DNA of 64,000 nucleotides from a virus (Duplodnaviria; Caudoviricetes): IMG/VR virus record IMGVR_UViG_3300019124_000001, positions 64,001 to 128,000 of that record; one strand, 5' to 3'. Shown piece by piece: positions 59,924 to 64,000 of this stretch (position 1 is its first letter; each line of letters starts with the position of its first letter). The notes under the pieces were generated by a model. It saw only the letters and a program-made list of their open reading frames with translations, ran no database searches and was not told where the DNA came from. The position numbers and the translations under genes were made by a program.

Positions 59924-61234
59924 ATGAATGACGCACATGTAGAAATGGCTTTTGCTGTAATTGATCAGCTTTTATCTACGCGTTCTGGAAAACAGAAACA
60001 AGGTATTCTTGCGCAACATATCCCGAAAAACAGGGTACTTATGAGTCTGCTGTTTATGGGTTTTAATGAATTCTTGACTTACAATATTAAACAGAAGCCA
60101 AAAGTTGCGCCACAGGGGACAGGATTGAGTATCGCTCGTTTCATAGAATTCATGCACTTACTTGCCGATCTTGACCAGCGTGTTATTACTGGCAACGAAG
60201 CGAAGAAAGTGGTCGCAGAATACTTTTCAAAATGTTCCGAACAAGAGTTTAATGTCTATTGGGCAATCATGAAAAAAGACTGGAAGATTGGTCTATCTGC
60301 TAAAACCGTTAATGAGGTATACGATTTCATTCCATTTTACGAGTGCATGTTGGCTCATCCGTTTGAAGAAAAACGTTTGAATAAGGGTAGGCAGTATATT
60401 CTAGACAAGAAGCTGGACGGCTTTCGGATTAACGCATACCACGATCTAGATGGAAAAATCTACCTATTATCCCGCAATGGTCACAAGATTGAGGGCTTCG
60501 ATGGAGTAGAAATGGCGCTCAGTCATCTCCCGAAAGGGTATATGTATGATGGAGAACTTATGGCTCCTTCTGGTAAATTTAACGACATGCAGACTCTTGC
60601 GTTTAAGGATGAACGCAATAAAGAGGCTGTGTTTCACATCTTTGATGTATTGCCTATTGAAGAATTTAAAGCTGGAAAATCAAAACATACATTGCGTCAA
60701 CGAAAAGAATTTCTTGAAGACAAAGGAGTTACAGGTGCAATATTTCAATCTGCGATTAATACGCTTGCAAAGTATGACTTAGTATGTATTGAATTGGTCG
60801 AATATCAAGTCATAACCTACGAAGGACAAGAAACACTTGACAAAATCATGGCTATCTATCATCAACATCTGTCCGAAGGACTAGAGGGGACAATGGTCAA
60901 GGATGCCGATAGCTATTACCAATGCAAACGAAGTCACTCAATTCTGAAAATAAAGCCAAGCGAATCAATCGACGTTATTGTAGTTGATATGTATGAAGGC
61001 AAGCAGGATTCCAAGTATGAAGGTATGCTTGGAGGTCTGATTTGTGATTGGAATGGCGTTCGCGTCAAAGTTGGCGGTGGGTTTAGCGACAAACAACGTT
61101 CGGACTGGTGGAAAAATCCAAATCTAATAGTAGGTAAGACCATTGAGGTTCTAATTACCGAATATACTCAAAACAAGGAAGGCAACAATAATTTGCGTTT
61201 CGGACGCTTCAAAAAGGTGCGTCTCGACAAATGA
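59924..61234 (+). CDS. ATP-dependent DNA ligase
   Basis: KLDGFR, SRNG, DGEL, FD, EGTMVK, KIK, KVGGGF, LRF. Confidence 0.9.
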   Translation: MNDAHVEMAFAVIDQLLSTRSGKQKQGILAQHIPKNRVLMSLLFMGFNEFLTYNIKQKPKVAPQGTGLSIARFIEFMHLLADLDQRVITGNEAKKVVAEYFSKCSEQEFNVYWAIMKKDWKIGLSAKTVNEVYDFIPFYECMLAHPFEEKRLNKGRQYILDKKLDGFRINAYHDLDGKIYLLSRNGHKIEGFDGVEMALSHLPKGYMYDGELMAPSGKFNDMQTLAFKDERNKEAVFHIFDVLPIEEFKAGKSKHTLRQRKEFLEDKGVTGAIFQSAINTLAKYDLVCIELVEYQVITYEGQETLDKIMAIYHQHLSEGLEGTMVKDADSYYQCKRSHSILKIKPSESIDVIVVDMYEGKQDSKYEGMLGGLICDWNGVRVKVGGGFSDKQRSDWWKNPNLIVGKTIEVLITEYTQNKEGNNNLRFGRFKKVRLDK

Positions 61235-61502
61235 GAGTCTTTGCAAACATCGTAGCTTTCGTACTCTTGCTAATTGTGGCTTTTCCGCTATTCATTGCGG
61301 CAATTTACAGCTATCGCGACCCTTTGCCGCAAATCATTTCGATAGGTATTGCAATCACAATCATCATGTTGTTGTATCTTTCATACGATCTGACGATTGG
61401 AAAAGCGATTGACAGACGAATGAAAAGATGATATACTGATAGTAGTGGGGGAGGTCTTTCGATCTTTCCCACAAACAATAACTATGTATGGTGGTGAACA
61501 GG

Positions 61503-62075
61503 TTGGCGCAGTTATATTTCAGATATGGAGTTGTAGAAGCGGGGAAGTCTTTTGACACTCATAAAGTCCACTACAGCTATAGTAAGCGCGGCAAAAAGGT
61601 ACTTCTGTTTGTTCCTGACGAAGCAGGAGAAGTAGTTTCCACTAGATTTATGGGACTTGAATTGGAAGCGAATATCATAAATCACGACATTGTTAGCGTG
61701 GTATGGTCTGAACAGCCAGAATGTGTGATAGTAGACGAGGCTCAATTCTTGACCAAGGATGATGTACTTCGATTGACTCTAATTGCTGACGAATATAACA
61801 TCCCCGTAATCTGTTATGGACTGTTGACAGACTTCAAGGCAGAATTATTTGACGGAGCCAAGGCTTTGATCGAGTATGCAGATAAGCTAGAAGAAATCAA
61901 GTCTGTTTGCGCATACTGCAACAAAAAGGCAAGATTCAACATGAGAACGTTAAATGGCAAGCCTGTATTCGAAGGTGAAGTGATTTCGAAAGATAAGAGT
62001 CAATATGTTCCTGTATGCAGGAAGTGTTATCGAAAAGCATGTCAACATGGAAGGGTGAAAAATTTTGAACAATAA
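61503..62075 (+). CDS. tdk: Thymidine kinase
   Basis: YGVVEAGKS, VDEAQFL, YGLLTDF, Zn-site cysteines, YVPVCRKC. Confidence 0.9.
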   Translation: MAQLYFRYGVVEAGKSFDTHKVHYSYSKRGKKVLLFVPDEAGEVVSTRFMGLELEANIINHDIVSVVWSEQPECVIVDEAQFLTKDDVLRLTLIADEYNIPVICYGLLTDFKAELFDGAKALIEYADKLEEIKSVCAYCNKKARFNMRTLNGKPVFEGEVISKDKSQYVPVCRKCYRKACQHGRVKNFEQ

Positions 62076-62433
62076 AATGGAGTTTCGAATTAATGACTTG
62101 GTGATGTACGCTGGCAGAAGTGAGTTCTTCAAAGTAGTTGGTCAAGCCTACCACGAGCGCGTATCCAATCCGTCAGACGGAATCAGCGGTAAAAAAGAGC
62201 GAGTATACCATCTAATAGCGATTGGGAACGATTTGCCATTCGTCGGCAAACCAGAACACATGATCCTATTGCTGTCCAATGAAACAAATTTTGAAAAGAA
62301 CTATATGAAAGCCGTTGATCAGCTTTTAGACACCTACAATTTGTATTTGTCGATCTACGAACAGTTTCAAGATGAAAAGTATAAGCGAGGAGCGGAAGGA
62401 ATCATGTGCTTACTTCGCTCCAATGTTAGGTAG
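62065..62433 (+). CDS. IDEAL-domain-like protein
   Basis: VDQLLDTYNLY...FQDEKYK. Confidence 0.5.
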   Translation: MNNKMEFRINDLVMYAGRSEFFKVVGQAYHERVSNPSDGISGKKERVYHLIAIGNDLPFVGKPEHMILLLSNETNFEKNYMKAVDQLLDTYNLYLSIYEQFQDEKYKRGAEGIMCLLRSNVR

Positions 62434-62595
62434 CACAATGTCATGTATAATAACAAGGAAAATATCCGAACAGTAGAAAAGGTTTATGTGCCAATGTGGT
62501 CGTCTCTAAATGGAGCTACTATGATTTATTTGGATATTTGGCACGAAGACCTTTATTCTCATATTGACAAACAACAACTATGTATGGAGGACACC

Positions 62596-63249
62596 ATGCC
62601 CATTGTAAACTTACGAGTTAAGCGTTCTATCGAAGAACAAAAACAATTAGATGCAAAATTGATCGCAGAGAATAAGAAAAATGAGACGAACGCCGTTTTC
62701 AAGGGAAAAAAGAAGATCGAACAGATTGCTCAAACATTTGAAAATGAACGCCTTTCGCATGAACGCAAATATACTCGTATCCAAATTTGGACTGACGGTG
62801 CTGTGTCTGGAAACGGCAAACAAAACGTTGGTGGTGGTGGATATGGCGCAGTTCTCTTATACGGTGGAATAGAGCAAGAATTGTATTACTACGATACAAG
62901 CCATGACGCTACAAATCAGACAATGGAAATGTATGCAGTAATTATGGCTTTGTCCGAACTGAAGACAAAGAACATCCCTGTAGACATTTATTCTGATTCT
63001 GGATACATTGTCGATTGTTTTAACGAAAAATGGTATGTATCTTGGCAACTGAACGGTTGGATGAACAGCCAAAATAAACCTGTTGCCAATCAAGAATTAT
63101 GGGAATTAATGATAGCTCTCGTAAACGAACAGAAAGAGGTCACTTGGAATAAAGTGAATGGTCATATTGGGTGTGCACTCAACGAACGTGCAGATAGATT
63201 GGCAGTAATGGGTAAAAAGATGGCTTTGGAGGTTGGCAATGATGTATAG
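62596..63249 (+). CDS. rnhA: Ribonuclease HI with N-terminal extension
   Basis: TDGAVSGNG, TNQTME, SDS, KVNGH, NERADRLA; RBS GGAGG fused to a repeat copy. Confidence 0.88.
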   Translation: MPIVNLRVKRSIEEQKQLDAKLIAENKKNETNAVFKGKKKIEQIAQTFENERLSHERKYTRIQIWTDGAVSGNGKQNVGGGGYGAVLLYGGIEQELYYYDTSHDATNQTMEMYAVIMALSELKTKNIPVDIYSDSGYIVDCFNEKWYVSWQLNGWMNSQNKPVANQELWELMIALVNEQKEVTWNKVNGHIGCALNERADRLAVMGKKMALEVGNDV

Positions 63250-63476
63250 AGCATGGTTGATTTTTGCATTAATTTTTAGCGTATGCGCCACGATTTTTAC
63301 TTGGGGTACTTTATGGTGCTACGTCTGTATGCTATGTATTGTCTCTAATGCAAGTGCATTAGTATTCGATCAAGACTAAACCCAGAATAAAATAGAAATT
63401 CGGAATACAAGTGACAACGGGGCTGTCATGAGATAGCCCTTCTTTTGTCTGCCGATGAAAGGAAGATTTCAGAATT

Positions 63477-64000
63477 ATGTGTCAAAATCATTCCCCTTTT
63501 GTAAACCTTCATGTCCACACAGCGTACTCCCTCTTGGATTCCATTTCCAAACCGCAAGATATTATGAACAAGGTTAAAGCTATGGGACAGCCAGCAGTCG
63601 CAATTACGGAGCATGGGAACGTGTTTTCGGCTGTTAAAGCGACGAAATTGGCAAAAGCACTAGGAGTTAAGCACATCTACGGTTGTGAATTCTACACATG
63701 CGACAATCGTTTCGAGAAGAATAAAGATCGTGCATATTACCACATGACTATTCTTGCTAAGAACGAATCTGGTCGTATCAACATCAACAAACTGGTATCC
63801 ATTGCAAATATCGAAGGATTTTACCGCAAGCCCCGTATTGACTTCGAACTGCTTCAGCAGTACGGAGAAGGCTTGATCATCTTGTCAGGGTGTATGGCTT
63901 CCGAGCTTCAGCAAACGCTTGCAGGGGGCAAGATTGGAGATAGGGATGTAGTCGTAACACCAGAAAACTACAGACGAGCAAAGCAAGTTGCCGCTCGTTA
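63477..64000 (+). CDS. dnaE: DNA polymerase III alpha subunit (PHP domain; runs off window)
   Basis: FVNLHVHTAYSLLD, AITEHG, GCE, HMTILAKN, GFYRKPRID, SGC. Confidence 0.9.
   Translation, partial: MCQNHSPFVNLHVHTAYSLLDSISKPQDIMNKVKAMGQPAVAITEHGNVFSAVKATKLAKALGVKHIYGCEFYTCDNRFEKNKDRAYYHMTILAKNESGRININKLVSIANIEGFYRKPRIDFELLQQYGEGLIILSGCMASELQQTLAGGKIGDRDVVVTPENYRRAKQVAAR

Larger units (their letters stand above)
3592..62587 (+). repeat. Dispersed 21-bp repeat ACAAACAACAACTATGTATGG, about 27 co-oriented copies
   Basis: Copies near 3595, 4355, 8990 (degenerate), 11137, 11252, 12359, 13916, 16361 (degenerate), 18172, 23589, 23696, 26301, 27473, 31685, 32340, 35867, 36290, 37060, 37816, 43503, 44308, 46329, 53111, 53936, 54625, 61471, 62567; all intergenic or overlapping a stop codon. 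Confidence 0.95.

Noticed and set aside
3592-62587. 21-bp repeat as a CRISPR array
   Set aside because: Copies are hundreds to thousands of bp apart with whole genes between them; no cas genes
62443-62595. N-terminal extension of RNase H given by the ORF track
   Set aside because: Contains a repeat copy and the RBS; the real start is most likely ATG 62596
306-63614. The many minus-strand and nested ORFs in the track
   Set aside because: Shadows of + strand genes, without RBS or recognisable motifs

Overview
Early (regulation, host-takeover, replication, nucleotide-metabolism) region of a large SPbeta-like phage or prophage of a Bacillales host. Essentially all protein genes are on the + strand; there are no virion genes in the window. 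The left end is a lysis-lysogeny module: an MrpR/YopR-like degenerate tyrosine-recombinase-fold repressor, an HTH gene, an HTH-TPR (RRNPP) receptor, and a 55-aa exported pro-peptide (missed by the ORF track) with a duplicated FDPYEPD motif, followed by a candidate operator and target gene. This is arbitrium-like architecture. Two dispersed repeat families structure the window: (i) about 27 co-oriented copies of ACAAACAACAACTATGTATGG in promoter spacers and in front of RBSs, and (ii) about 10 palindromic TAGATAAAA-N6-TTTCATCTA sites lying exactly at gene junctions and bracketing small accessory genes like cassettes. Other content: PnuC+NadR NAD salvage, RNA/tRNA repair (Pnkp-ligase, CCA enzyme), Pth2, a BrfA-like ORF, a 273-nt tRNA-shaped RNA on the minus strand, three tandem Ser/Thr kinases, a C5-methyltransferase lacking its catalytic Cys, and replication/nucleotide genes (SSB, AAA ATPase, helicase, primase, RecJ, nrdIEF, ThyX, TK, ligase, RNase H, start of Pol III alpha). 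All family calls come from motif recognition by eye, not database searches.
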